A DNA stretch of 60,574 nt, the filler included. It is 7 parts of 7 records of this genome, joined end to end, with 100 filler letters (N's around TTAATTAATTAA, not from the genome) between each part and the next. Parts side by side here need not be neighbours in the genome. Positions count along the whole stretch, not along the records: positions 42,486 to 49,054 come from SRR31156797_25806; positions 49,155 to 60,574 come from SRR31156797_25826; 5 more parts are not named here. One strand, 5' to 3'. Positions 42,697-52,278 of this stretch are shown here, piece after piece. Both the position numbers and the translations under genes were made by a program. Below the pieces are notes generated by a model that was not told where the DNA came from, searched no databases, and saw only the letters and a program-made list of their open reading frames with translations. The stretch's first letter is position 1; each line of letters opens with the position of its first letter.

Positions 42697-43356
42697 TTAG
42701 TTGCTTATCCGTTCCGCACTGATCAGTCGCAGGTTCAGACAATAGCCGGCGGGTTCGTATGCCGTAAAGACAATTTTTTCGGGGATGGATCTCGGGTTTA
42801 ATTCAGCAATAACCTTTCGAAACAACTGTTCATTTTCGTATTTCCGAATTTCAAACCTGCGCTCCGGACGGACCATCACATCGACAACCGAACCGTCCGA
42901 CACCCGGTAGCGGCATATCTCGAACCCATTGTCGGTGATTCCCGCGCCCATGGGTTCGCCGTCAGGTTCAAGAAACATCAACCGGATATCTTCCATTAAT
43001 CCTTTGGCAAACGCTTGTGAATCAAAAGGCGCAACGCCCCGACGAATGGTTAATTTGCCGTCTTCCAGGCCGTCAAAGAGCACCAGCCCCTCGATGGTCA
43101 TCATGACGGCGTGAATCCGTTCCGGGTTGGATGATACCTCGGTAACGCCGATCAATTGAGATTTCCCACCTCCGGGCAGGGTTGCCTCAATGACATGGGC
43201 AAACTGCCATTTGCCTTTGTGAAATACGGTTCCGCAAGTCTTTCTGGTTTTTGGAATCAAGGCGGTATCGACGGCAATGATGCGGGGCATACCGGAACAA
43301 TTCGTCAAAAAAAACAACCCTAACAGGAGGAGAATCGGCCTTTGGTTCTTATACAT
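42697..43356 (-). CDS. Lipoprotein of lipid-biosynthesis island (DUF3261-like)
   Basis: LTNC lipobox, beta-rich, EGLVLFD and EDIRLMF; directly downstream of LolA-like gene. Confidence 0.55.
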   Translation of the reverse strand: MYKNQRPILLLLGLFFLTNCSGMPRIIAVDTALIPKTRKTCGTVFHKGKWQFAHVIEATLPGGGKSQLIGVTEVSSNPERIHAVMMTIEGLVLFDGLEDGKLTIRRGVAPFDSQAFAKGLMEDIRLMFLEPDGEPMGAGITDNGFEICRYRVSDGSVVDVMVRPERRFEIRKYENEQLFRKVIAELNPRSIPEKIVFTAYEPAGYCLNLRLISAERISN

Positions 43357-43383
43357 TGTCATTTCGGGTTTCACCAGACTCCC

Positions 43384-44058
43384 CTACGGGATGGATTCAA
43401 AAAGGGAATCCGCCAATCCCCCATTGATATTCACATCCCGGAAGCGGATCTTGGTAAAAGAGGTTTTTCCTTCATGGATGGTGACCGTTTCAATGACACC
43501 GGGCCGATCTGAAAGCAGGATCTCAATTCTTTGGATGATTTTCGCAAATGCTTCGTTCTTCGGCACCATCACAATTTTGTTGTCCCCCTCAAGAGAAGAA
43601 TGATAATCGGGGTTGTGGGAAAACTCCCCCTTCAACCAGCGGGTAATCTCATGGAGCACCATCTCCATGCCCTGAAGTCCAGTCCCCACGTCTTCCCTAA
43701 AGCCTTTTTCACTACCCGTGTAGCGGCGTACCTTTCCATCATGCATCAGCAGAATGCTCTGTATGGGAGATGCGTATTCCCACCTCAGTGATCCGGGTGC
43801 CCTGAAATAAAATGCCCCTTTGGATATCAACGGTTTTATGAGAATTTCCAAATGTTTTTCCTGAATAAAACGAGCGCTGATGGTTTGAATATCGACCGCT
43901 TTTTCCCGAATCCGATCCCAATCACCGCCCCTGGCCCAGGGAACCGCCATAAAAAAAAACACAATACATAAAACCGGCCATTTCAGCCCAAGAATACTCA
44001 TTCGCCTAATATCACCCCGTTTTCCATCACCCATGAGCCATGAGCTATGAACCATCAC
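43384..44058 (-). CDS. LolA-like outer membrane lipoprotein carrier protein
   Basis: ARFIQEKHL, SKGAFYF, LRWEYASP motifs; start uncertain. Confidence 0.8.
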   Translation of the reverse strand: MMVHSSWLMGDGKRGDIRRMSILGLKWPVLCIVFFFMAVPWARGGDWDRIREKAVDIQTISARFIQEKHLEILIKPLISKGAFYFRAPGSLRWEYASPIQSILLMHDGKVRRYTGSEKGFREDVGTGLQGMEMVLHEITRWLKGEFSHNPDYHSSLEGDNKIVMVPKNEAFAKIIQRIEILLSDRPGVIETVTIHEGKTSFTKIRFRDVNINGGLADSLFESIP

Positions 44059-44789
44059 ACCATTCCCCCATTGACGGAAATCACCTGGCCCGTCACATAT
44101 GAAGCATCTTCCGAGCAGAGGAACCGTACCACGGTGGCCACCTCTTCCGGCCGACCCACCCGGGCCATGGGGATCAACCCTTTAAGTTGCCCCTTTGGAA
44201 TATTTTCGATCATTTCGGTCCGGATCAAACCCGGCGCCACCACATTTACCCTGACGCCCAGGCGCGCCACTTCAGCGGCAATGGAACGGCTGGCACCGAT
44301 CAGCCCGGCCTTGGCCGCCGAATAGTTGGCCTGCCCCCGATGCCCCACAATACCGGATACGGACGATATGCTGACGATATTGCCCTGTTTATGAGCCACC
44401 ATGTTTTCCAGAACGGGCCGTGTTACATTGTAAAACCCCTTGAGATGGGTGTTGATAACGCTGTCCCACTCATTTTCGGTCATAAACACAAAGAGTCCAT
44501 CCGAGGTAATACCCGCATTGTTGATGAGGACATGGATATGACCATACCGATGGATAATTTCGCCGATTGCTGTCTGTGTCTCATGGGTATTGGCCACATC
44601 AAAACGACTGATCTCACCCCGGCTCCCCTGCTCCCGAATCATCTCAAGGGTTTCCTCGGCCGCCGCCACATTGGAGCGGCAATTAACCACCACCCGATAC
44701 CCCTTCCCTGCCAGTTCCCGGCAGATGGCACGTCCGATACCCCGGCTTCCACCGGTCACCACCGCCACTCGGTTCTCAGTCTTGGTCAT
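44055..44789 (-). CDS. fabG: 3-oxoacyl-ACP reductase FabG-like
   Basis: TGGSRGIG, NNAG, YSAAK, VTGQVISVNGG. Confidence 0.88.
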   Translation of the reverse strand: MTKTENRVAVVTGGSRGIGRAICRELAGKGYRVVVNCRSNVAAAEETLEMIREQGSRGEISRFDVANTHETQTAIGEIIHRYGHIHVLINNAGITSDGLFVFMTENEWDSVINTHLKGFYNVTRPVLENMVAHKQGNIVSISSVSGIVGHRGQANYSAAKAGLIGASRSIAAEVARLGVRVNVVAPGLIRTEMIENIPKGQLKGLIPMARVGRPEEVATVVRFLCSEDASYVTGQVISVNGGMV

Positions 44790-45235
44790 GATGCCATCTC
44801 CTCTTGTACATTGGAACCGGATTTCACCACCTGCAGTTTGATTTCCGCAAGAATTTCATCTCCCATGCGCGTTGTACCCTCAATTTCGCTGTAGAATTCC
44901 ATTTGAAAGACTCTTTTTGACTCGGTTATGATTCGGCTGTTCAGGGGAAGCTCACGACAGTGGAAAACGGCTTCTTTCACTCCCACAATCCAACCGGTTC
45001 CTTCCAGATCTTCGGCCGTTTTCTGCCGTTCCCGCCAACCCAGACACACCCCCGCTGTCTGGGCCACCAGTTCCACCAGGACAAGGCAATTGGCCGAACC
45101 CGCTTCAACCATGGGCCAATCTTCGGTTACCGTGGATACGGTAACGGCTCTTTTTTCATCCACGGCAATGATTTCATCAACCAGCCTCATACGATTCCTG
45201 TGGGGGATCAGGCTCTCCACACGATTAACCGTCAT
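44786..45235 (-). CDS. Hotdog-fold 3-hydroxyacyl-ACP dehydratase (ApeP/FabZ-like)
   Basis: LIPHRxxMRLVD and VELVAQT motifs. Confidence 0.8.
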   Translation of the reverse strand: MTVNRVESLIPHRNRMRLVDEIIAVDEKRAVTVSTVTEDWPMVEAGSANCLVLVELVAQTAGVCLGWRERQKTAEDLEGTGWIVGVKEAVFHCRELPLNSRIITESKRVFQMEFYSEIEGTTRMGDEILAEIKLQVVKSGSNVQEEMAS

Positions 45236-45405
45236 GATTTACACTCCTAACATGTTGAAATCATATAGGTTAGAGTTTTACAAATTGACATTGACCGTAA
45301 CACGGGATCGTGATATTTTAGAGAATTTCTACGATACTTTGTCGTTTCTGTAAAGTAGCAATCCCATATTTCCATATTTAGAAAGACCTTTTGCGGGAAA
45401 AACCT

Positions 45406-45663
45406 ATGACCAACCTGATGGATGAACTACGGATTAAAATAATCGACACCTTGAAACTGGAAGATGTCTCACCCATGGATATTGGCGAAGAGGATCAACT
45501 GGTGGGCGGCGAACTGGGCCTGGACTCCATTGATGTACTGGAACTGGTGATCATGATTGAAAAGGACTACGCCGTAAAAATAGACAACAAAGAACTGGGG
45601 GCCCGTGTTTTCGCCAATTTGAAAGCACTTGCCGCTTATATTCGGGAAATGACGCCAGAGTGA
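45406..45663 (+). CDS. Acyl carrier protein
   Basis: LGLDSIDVLEL phosphopantetheine site; small and acidic. Confidence 0.92.
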   Translation: MTNLMDELRIKIIDTLKLEDVSPMDIGEEDQLVGGELGLDSIDVLELVIMIEKDYAVKIDNKELGARVFANLKALAAYIREMTPE

Positions 45664-47852
45664 ATCGCTTGAGGGACATTCGCGTTTTTATTGCCGGCAT
45701 GGGGTTGATCACACCCATGGCAAGGGGTGTGGCCCAAAACTTGGCTGCCCTTGAAAAAGGAAGAACCGGTATCGGCAACCTCACCCTTTTTCCCACGGCA
45801 GATGACCTCTCCTTTCCCGTGGGAGAAGTCAAAGAGCCTTTGTCCCCCACGGGACCGCCCAGAACGCACCAACTGGCCCTCATGGCGGCGGAAGAAGCCA
45901 TGGCCCATGGGGAGGGTAGACCGGATGCCATTGTCATGGGCGGTACAACGGGAGGCATGTCCCGGACGGAAAGGCTCTTAAAAACAAAGCAGTCGGATCC
46001 CCCGCTGTTTTCGTACCACGGCGCAGGGTCCGTGGCCGAATATGTGGCGTTGAAGCTGAAATGCAAAGGCCCCGTAATGACGGTTTCAACCGCCTGCTCA
46101 TCGGGGGCCGCGGCCATCGCAATGGCTCTGGCCCTTTTGAAAAGCGGCAAATACAAAAGAATTCTGGTGGGCGGCGCTGAATCCTTGTGCCGCCTCACCT
46201 ATTTCGGTTTTCATTCACTCCAGTTGATTGATCCCAAAGGGTCACGTCCCCTGGACAGGGACCGCAAAGGCTTAACCGTTTCCGAAGGGGCCGGAATGCT
46301 GCTCCTTGAGGGGAAAGCCGGGATAACGGATCCTGACGCCATTGAGGTCCTCGGCGCAGGGTTGACCTGCGACGCCTACCATCCCGCCTCTCCGGATCCT
46401 GAAGGCGGCGGCGCCCTTTCCGCCATGAAAAAGGCACTGGAAGATGCAGGTTTGACCCCATGGGGGATTGACTACGTCAACCTCCATGGTACCGGTACCA
46501 TTGACAATGACCTGTCCGAAGCCAAAGCCTTTAATCGCCTGTTCCATGGGAAAAAGCCGTTTGTTTCTTCGGTGAAGGGCGCCTTTGGACACAGCCTTTC
46601 AGCAGCGGGAGCCATTGAAGCGGTTATTTCGGCCGGTTGTATTGAAACGGGCACGGCACCGGCCAGCGTGGGGTGCCGTACACCGGATCCGCTTTTGAAA
46701 TTGAAACCGTTGAAAAAATCGAAGGATGCTCCCATCAGGACTGTCATGTCAAATTCATTCGGTTTTGGCGGCGGCAACGTGAGTGTGGTTATGGGTAGGT
46801 CCGGGAATTCACAAGTTTCCAAATCCCCGCTACCCATGGGCCTGGAAATCGTTGGCATTTCCTGCATAACGGGGGCGGGAGACACCTCGCGGACACTGAA
46901 CGCTTTTTCGGGTGGGCTGAACTGCCAGGGGTTGATTTCTGAAAATGAGATGTGTAAGTCCCTTTCCCCCAAAGCCACAAGGCGTCTCAAACGGCTTTCG
47001 CGAATCGGCTTGTCCCTGGCCATGGACGCTTTTGATGATGCCGGAGGCCACAAGGAGCCTGCCGCTGTCTTTTTCGGCACCGGCTGGGGGGCGCTGTCGG
47101 AAACCCATGATTTTCTGAAAACACTGTACGAAACAAACGAACGGTTTTCCAGCCCCACGGATTTCATGGGGTCCGTACATAATGCCACCGCCGGTCGGAT
47201 TGCCGTAAAATTTAATGCCAGGGGGCCCAACATTACCACCACCGGCGGGGACTATTCCTTTGAACAGGCATTGATGTCGGCCCATCTTCTCACAACGGAA
47301 AAGGATCAGCCGTTGCTGGTCATGGGGGCCGATGAATTTCACCCGGTGCTCTCCGAACTTCTAGATCCTTCCGTTGCCCGGGGTGAAACGCCTTCAGATG
47401 GCGGGGGGGCATTGTTATTGCGGGGCACCAAACCAGGTTCAGGCCCGGAATTAACACCCTTGTTCCATGAAAATACAAACGGAAACCCCCATGTGATGTC
47501 GTCCCTTAACCAATTCTTAGGGGGATCTGAAAAAATAGACCATGATTTTGGGGCTGTTTTTGCCGGACTTCCCGCCCAGTTCCATGCCATCGGCAGAAAA
47601 CAGCTTGATTTGTTCATTCAAACAGCCGAATTTAACGGACCGGTGATTGATTACCGGCGTTACCTGGGCCAGTTTGCCTCGGCCTCGGCCGTGGCCGCGG
47701 TTATGGCGGTGTCACTGCTGAGAACCGGTGAAATGCCTATTGCACTGACCGAAAACAAACATTTCCAACTGAACGGAAAGGGGATTCTCCTACTGGGCCT
47801 GGGTAACTCCGTCACGGCCGTAGCCGTTCATAATCGGGAAGGATCGCCATGA
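45660..47852 (+). CDS. Beta-ketoacyl synthase fused to a chain-length-factor-like KS domain
   Basis: N-half has TACSS, HGTGT and GHSL triad; C-half has RRLKRLSR, SPTDFMGSVHNA and FEQAL without a catalytic Cys motif. Confidence 0.87.
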   Translation: MNRLRDIRVFIAGMGLITPMARGVAQNLAALEKGRTGIGNLTLFPTADDLSFPVGEVKEPLSPTGPPRTHQLALMAAEEAMAHGEGRPDAIVMGGTTGGMSRTERLLKTKQSDPPLFSYHGAGSVAEYVALKLKCKGPVMTVSTACSSGAAAIAMALALLKSGKYKRILVGGAESLCRLTYFGFHSLQLIDPKGSRPLDRDRKGLTVSEGAGMLLLEGKAGITDPDAIEVLGAGLTCDAYHPASPDPEGGGALSAMKKALEDAGLTPWGIDYVNLHGTGTIDNDLSEAKAFNRLFHGKKPFVSSVKGAFGHSLSAAGAIEAVISAGCIETGTAPASVGCRTPDPLLKLKPLKKSKDAPIRTVMSNSFGFGGGNVSVVMGRSGNSQVSKSPLPMGLEIVGISCITGAGDTSRTLNAFSGGLNCQGLISENEMCKSLSPKATRRLKRLSRIGLSLAMDAFDDAGGHKEPAAVFFGTGWGALSETHDFLKTLYETNERFSSPTDFMGSVHNATAGRIAVKFNARGPNITTTGGDYSFEQALMSAHLLTTEKDQPLLVMGADEFHPVLSELLDPSVARGETPSDGGGALLLRGTKPGSGPELTPLFHENTNGNPHVMSSLNQFLGGSEKIDHDFGAVFAGLPAQFHAIGRKQLDLFIQTAEFNGPVIDYRRYLGQFASASAVAAVMAVSLLRTGEMPIALTENKHFQLNGKGILLLGLGNSVTAVAVHNREGSP

Positions 47853-49054
47853 AAGTCCTGCTGATTTCAGCCAATACCCTCAAAACGCCCTATCCGGTAT
47901 ACCCTTTGGGCCTTGACCACGTGGCCGATGCCCTTTGGACGGATCATGAAGTTCGGATTGCGGACATGAATGAGCTGGACCATGTTGATCCACTGGTCCG
48001 TATGATCGATTCCTTTAACCCGGATGTGGTTGGCATGTCGTTACGGAATATCGATAACACCGATCAAACAAAACAGCAGAGTTTTGTGGCGGGATACCGG
48101 CGCCTCGTTGATGTGATTCGAAAAGTTACCAACGCGACCCTGGTCCTGGGGGGTAGTGGCTTTACCCTGTTTCCGGATGAGATGATGGAAACCCTCGGCG
48201 CGGATTATGGTATTATAGGTGAAGGAGAACGACTGGCGGATCTGCTGTCGGCCATGGACAAAGAGGCACCAACCATTGGCATTCCCGGCGTTGTCACGGC
48301 TAAGGAACCAAAACCAATCCCTCCCCCGCTGATGGGCCCCCACGGCCGAAAAAATTTACTCGAAAACCCACACCTGCAATATTATCTCAAGAACGGCGGA
48401 ATGTTGAACCTTCAGACCAAACGGGGTTGTCCCTTCAGGTGCATCTACTGCACCTACCCCCATATTGAAGGCAGAAAGCTGCGATTGATCTCTCCCGATG
48501 CGGCGGCGGAAGACGCGTTGCGGCTTCAGAAAGTGGGAGCAAAATACTTTTTCATTACGGATTCCGTGTTCAATTCCGATACCGAGCACAGTATGGCCGT
48601 GGCGGAAGCCTTTATGGCGGCCGGCCTCAAGATTCCCTGGGGAGCTTTTTTCGCACCCATGGATTCACCAAAAGGGTATTTCGAACTGATGGCACGGGCG
48701 GGTCTTACACATGCCGAATTCGGCACGGAGTCCATGTGCAATGCCGTGCTCAAGAATTACGGGAAACCGTTTCGCACACAGCATGTTTTGGGTGCGCATA
48801 ACGCCGCCATTGACAGCGGATTATACGTTTCACATTTCTTCCTGCTGGGGGGGCCGGGTGAAAACGGGGATTCCATTGATGAAACGTTGAACAATATTGA
48901 AAAACTAACCCGCAGTGTCTTCTTTTTTTTTGCGCTTTGCGTATCTATCCGCATACGGATCTTTACCATATGGCGGTGGCGGAAAGGCAGATATCGGCCT
49001 TCACCCCTCTTCTTGAGCCCTGCTTTTACACGTCTCCAATGGTCTCCCAAAACG
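47849..49054 (+). CDS. Lipid-biosynthesis B12-binding radical SAM protein (frameshifted near 48923-48931, 3-prime truncated)
   Basis: PYPVYPLG, SLRNIDN, CPFRCIYC motif, DSVFN; the expected RIYPHT segment is in another frame. Confidence 0.85.
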
Positions 49055-49154
49055 NNNNNNNNNNNNNNNNNNNNNNNNNNNNNNNNNNNNNNNNNNNNTT
49101 AATTAATTAANNNNNNNNNNNNNNNNNNNNNNNNNNNNNNNNNNNNNNNNNNNN
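49055..49154. other. Artificial contig linker
   Basis: 44 N + TTAATTAATTAA + 44 N. Confidence 0.99.
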
Positions 49155-49227
49155 CAAAATTGAACCTTTTTTGAATTAAAAAATCATACTGATTCGATTT
49201 GACTTAAAAAATAATAAGGGGTGACTT

Positions 49228-50109
49228 ATGAAAGAATATTTAAAACAGCAGCAAGAACTTATTAATACTGAGATTGAGAAATTCTTATCGGAATTAAAAT
49301 ATCCAAGTGATATAGCTGAAGGAATGAGATACGCTGTCTTAAACGGAGGAAAAAGGTTAAGACCATATTTATTATTAATGGGGTTAGATGTACTTGGGAT
49401 CGATATAAAAAAAGGAATACCTACTGCTGTAGCAATTGAGATGATACACTCATATTCGTTAGTTCATGACGATTTGCCAGCACTTGATAATGACGATTAT
49501 AGAAGAGGAAAGTTGACAACACATAAAAAGTTTGGAGAAGCAAACGGTATTTTAATAGGTGATGCGCTTTTAACTCATGCTTTTTATTTGTTAAGTGAAA
49601 AAAATAAAGAGTTATTAACAGCAGAGCAAATTGTTGAGATAATTTCAATTACTTCTAAATATGCGGGAGTACAGGGAATGATCGGCGGTCAGGCTGTTGA
49701 TATTGAATCAGAAGGAAAAAAAATTGATCTTCCAACTCTTCAATATATACATACACATAAAACAGGGAAATTAATACTACTACCTGTAGAAGTTGCAACA
49801 ATAATAGCAGATGTAAGTGAAGATGAGAGAGAGAAACTAAAAGAGTGTGCAGAGTTAATTGGTCTGGCATTCCAGATAAAAGATGATATTTTGGACATAG
49901 AGGGAGATTTTGAAACTATAGGTAAACCTGTAGGAAGTGATATTGAGCTTGAGAAATCAACTTATCCGTCTATATTTGGGTTAGAAAAATCAAAAGAGAT
50001 GCTTCAGGAAAAAGTAGATGAAGCAAAAGCGATAATAGATGAACTATATGGTGACAAGGGGATTAGATTTAAAGAGTTAGCAGACTATATAATGGATAGA
50101 AATAAATAA
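49228..50109 (+). CDS. ispA: Farnesyl/geranylgeranyl diphosphate synthase
   Basis: GGKRLRP, SLVHDDLPALD, RRG, KTG and FQIKDDILD motifs. Confidence 0.92.
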   Translation: MKEYLKQQQELINTEIEKFLSELKYPSDIAEGMRYAVLNGGKRLRPYLLLMGLDVLGIDIKKGIPTAVAIEMIHSYSLVHDDLPALDNDDYRRGKLTTHKKFGEANGILIGDALLTHAFYLLSEKNKELLTAEQIVEIISITSKYAGVQGMIGGQAVDIESEGKKIDLPTLQYIHTHKTGKLILLPVEVATIIADVSEDEREKLKECAELIGLAFQIKDDILDIEGDFETIGKPVGSDIELEKSTYPSIFGLEKSKEMLQEKVDEAKAIIDELYGDKGIRFKELADYIMDRNK

Positions 50110-50115
50110 TTTATA

Positions 50116-50156
50116 ACAGACCACAAGCTAATGCTACTTGGTCTGTTTGTTTTTTC
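50116..50156 (+). terminator. Probable terminator after ispA
   Basis: AACAGACCA...TGGTCTGTT stem followed by T tract. Confidence 0.6.
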
Positions 50157-50183
50157 TAACATAAGTTGGAGGAATATGAATAT

Positions 50184-51491
50184 ATGTACAAAAAAATAAT
50201 CAAAGAAATTTTTCAATCAGGAGGACAAGCTTATATTTGTGGAGGTTTTGTCCGAGATATGATACTTGAGAGAAAATCTAAAGATATTGATATAGAGGTA
50301 TTTAATATTGATTTAAAAGAATTTGAAAAAATCTTAAGTAAATTTGGAAATTGGAAAAAAGCAGGAAAAGAGTTTGAAGTCTATATTTTTCAAAATAGAT
50401 TTGAGTTTAGTTTTCCAAGAGATGAAAATGGAAAAGAAAATCCTGAAATTTTAATTGAAGAATCTGCCAAGCGACGAGATTTTACGATGAACTCTCTTTA
50501 TTATGATATTATAAATGATAAAATCTTAGATTATTGTAGTGGTTTAGCTGACATTAATGCAGGAATAATTAGAGAAACATCTGAGAGAAACTTATTAGCA
50601 GATCCGATTCGAATGCTTAGAGCAATTCAATTTATGGCTAGATTTGATTTTGAGTTAGAAACTAAAACAAAAGAGACTATTATAAATAATTTTTATTTAA
50701 TTAAAAAATGTCAAAAAGAAAGAGTAAGTTTAGAAATAGAAAAAATATTGCTAAAAGCTAAGAAGCCTTCAAAAGCTTTTTATTTTCTAAAAGAGAATAA
50801 TTTATTGCAATATATCTTTCCTGAGTTAGAAATATTAACTGAAATTATGCAGGATAAAATATATCATCCTGAAGGAGATGTGTTTACTCATACGATGATG
50901 TGTTTAGACGTATTACAGCCTGCTGAGAGAGAGCTTGATATAATGCATGCTCTTTTATGGCATGATTTAGGAAAAGCTCATTGTGAAGTAATAAAAAGCG
51001 GAGAGATGATCTTATTCAAGAGTCACGGAGAAGTTTCTGCGGAGAAAACAGGTGAAAACTTTAAACGTTTTTCGAATAACAAACAACTTCTAAAAAAAAT
51101 TAATAATTTAATTTATTTTCATCAGGCTCCTTTAGATTTATTTCTATCGAATAAAATTAATCGTATTGAGATTAAAAAATTAGCTGTAAAAACAGATTTA
51201 CCTAAATTATTAAAAGTTTATAGAGCTGATGTTTTGGGACGTGGCAGAATAGATAATTCAGATGAACTGGCAGCAATAGCCAAAATACAAACTATTTATG
51301 AGCAAATAAAAGATGAGTTAGAACCTATTATTAAGGGAAAAGACTTAATTGAATGTGGAATTCAGCCGGGAGTAGAACTAGGAGAGTTATTAGCTGAAAT
51401 ATATCTGGCACAGTTAGAAGAAAAATTTACTGATCAAAAAAGCGGATTAGAGTTTTTTAAAGAAAAGATAAAAAATAAAACATATAAATAA
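50184..51491 (+). CDS. Class II tRNA nucleotidyltransferase with HD domain, possibly CC-adding
   Basis: GGFVRD, DIDIEV, RRDFTMN, DPIRMLR, HPEGDVFTHT and HDLGK motifs. Confidence 0.88.
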   Translation: MYKKIIKEIFQSGGQAYICGGFVRDMILERKSKDIDIEVFNIDLKEFEKILSKFGNWKKAGKEFEVYIFQNRFEFSFPRDENGKENPEILIEESAKRRDFTMNSLYYDIINDKILDYCSGLADINAGIIRETSERNLLADPIRMLRAIQFMARFDFELETKTKETIINNFYLIKKCQKERVSLEIEKILLKAKKPSKAFYFLKENNLLQYIFPELEILTEIMQDKIYHPEGDVFTHTMMCLDVLQPAERELDIMHALLWHDLGKAHCEVIKSGEMILFKSHGEVSAEKTGENFKRFSNNKQLLKKINNLIYFHQAPLDLFLSNKINRIEIKKLAVKTDLPKLLKVYRADVLGRGRIDNSDELAAIAKIQTIYEQIKDELEPIIKGKDLIECGIQPGVELGELLAEIYLAQLEEKFTDQKSGLEFFKEKIKNKTYK

Positions 51492-51609
51492 ACATAAAAT
51501 TAAGGAATAAATGTGAATTCAATATACTGTACTCTAATTGATTATTAAGGTAAAGTATGTTATAATCTACAAGGTAAATTGCTTAGAAAAATTAAGAGGA
51601 GAAAGCCAT

Positions 51610-52278
51610 ATGGCAAAACAAACATTAGGAATTATAATCACTGTTTTATTGATCCTTACAGGATGTAGATCAGGAGATTCGAAATACTCAAATACTATTT
51701 TAAAAAATTATAGAACATCGATAAAATATAAAGATTATTATGAAAAAGAGAAAAATCCAAATCCTCAATATTATAAGATTAAATCATTTAATCAGTTTTG
51801 GCAAGAGGAACTTTTCTTTGTAATAGAGGATGATAGAGAAGAATCAAATGTAAATCTATTATTAGCTATAAAATATCGTGGTAAAGAATGGGTGTACATG
51901 AAAGAGATTGAATTTTCCAGTTCAGAAGTCTATGAAAATTTCACTTTAAACTTTGAATCAGATAAATATCAAGCACCTATTTGGAAAGATAATGCAACTC
52001 TTTATATGGGAGTTGAGGAAAGAATTGCTGTTAAACTTGAAGCTGATGAGATAGATAAGATAGAGAGATTTATTGATTCAGTTGATTTGAAAATAAAACT
52101 ATATAGTGATTATGATGACAGAACATATGTTAGAACAGTTCGACATCGTGAAAAAGAGTTAATGAAAGAAGTTCTTGAATTATATAAAGAAATACATAAA
52201 AATTATGAAACAGAAAAAGAAACACAAGAGAAAGATCAAGAAACAGAGAGTAGTATAACGGAAAAGGAGAGTGCATAA
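51610..52278 (+). CDS. Hypothetical lipoprotein
   Basis: GAGGAG RBS, MAKQ...LTGC lipobox. Confidence 0.7.
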   Translation: MAKQTLGIIITVLLILTGCRSGDSKYSNTILKNYRTSIKYKDYYEKEKNPNPQYYKIKSFNQFWQEELFFVIEDDREESNVNLLLAIKYRGKEWVYMKEIEFSSSEVYENFTLNFESDKYQAPIWKDNATLYMGVEERIAVKLEADEIDKIERFIDSVDLKIKLYSDYDDRTYVRTVRHREKELMKEVLELYKEIHKNYETEKETQEKDQETESSITEKESA

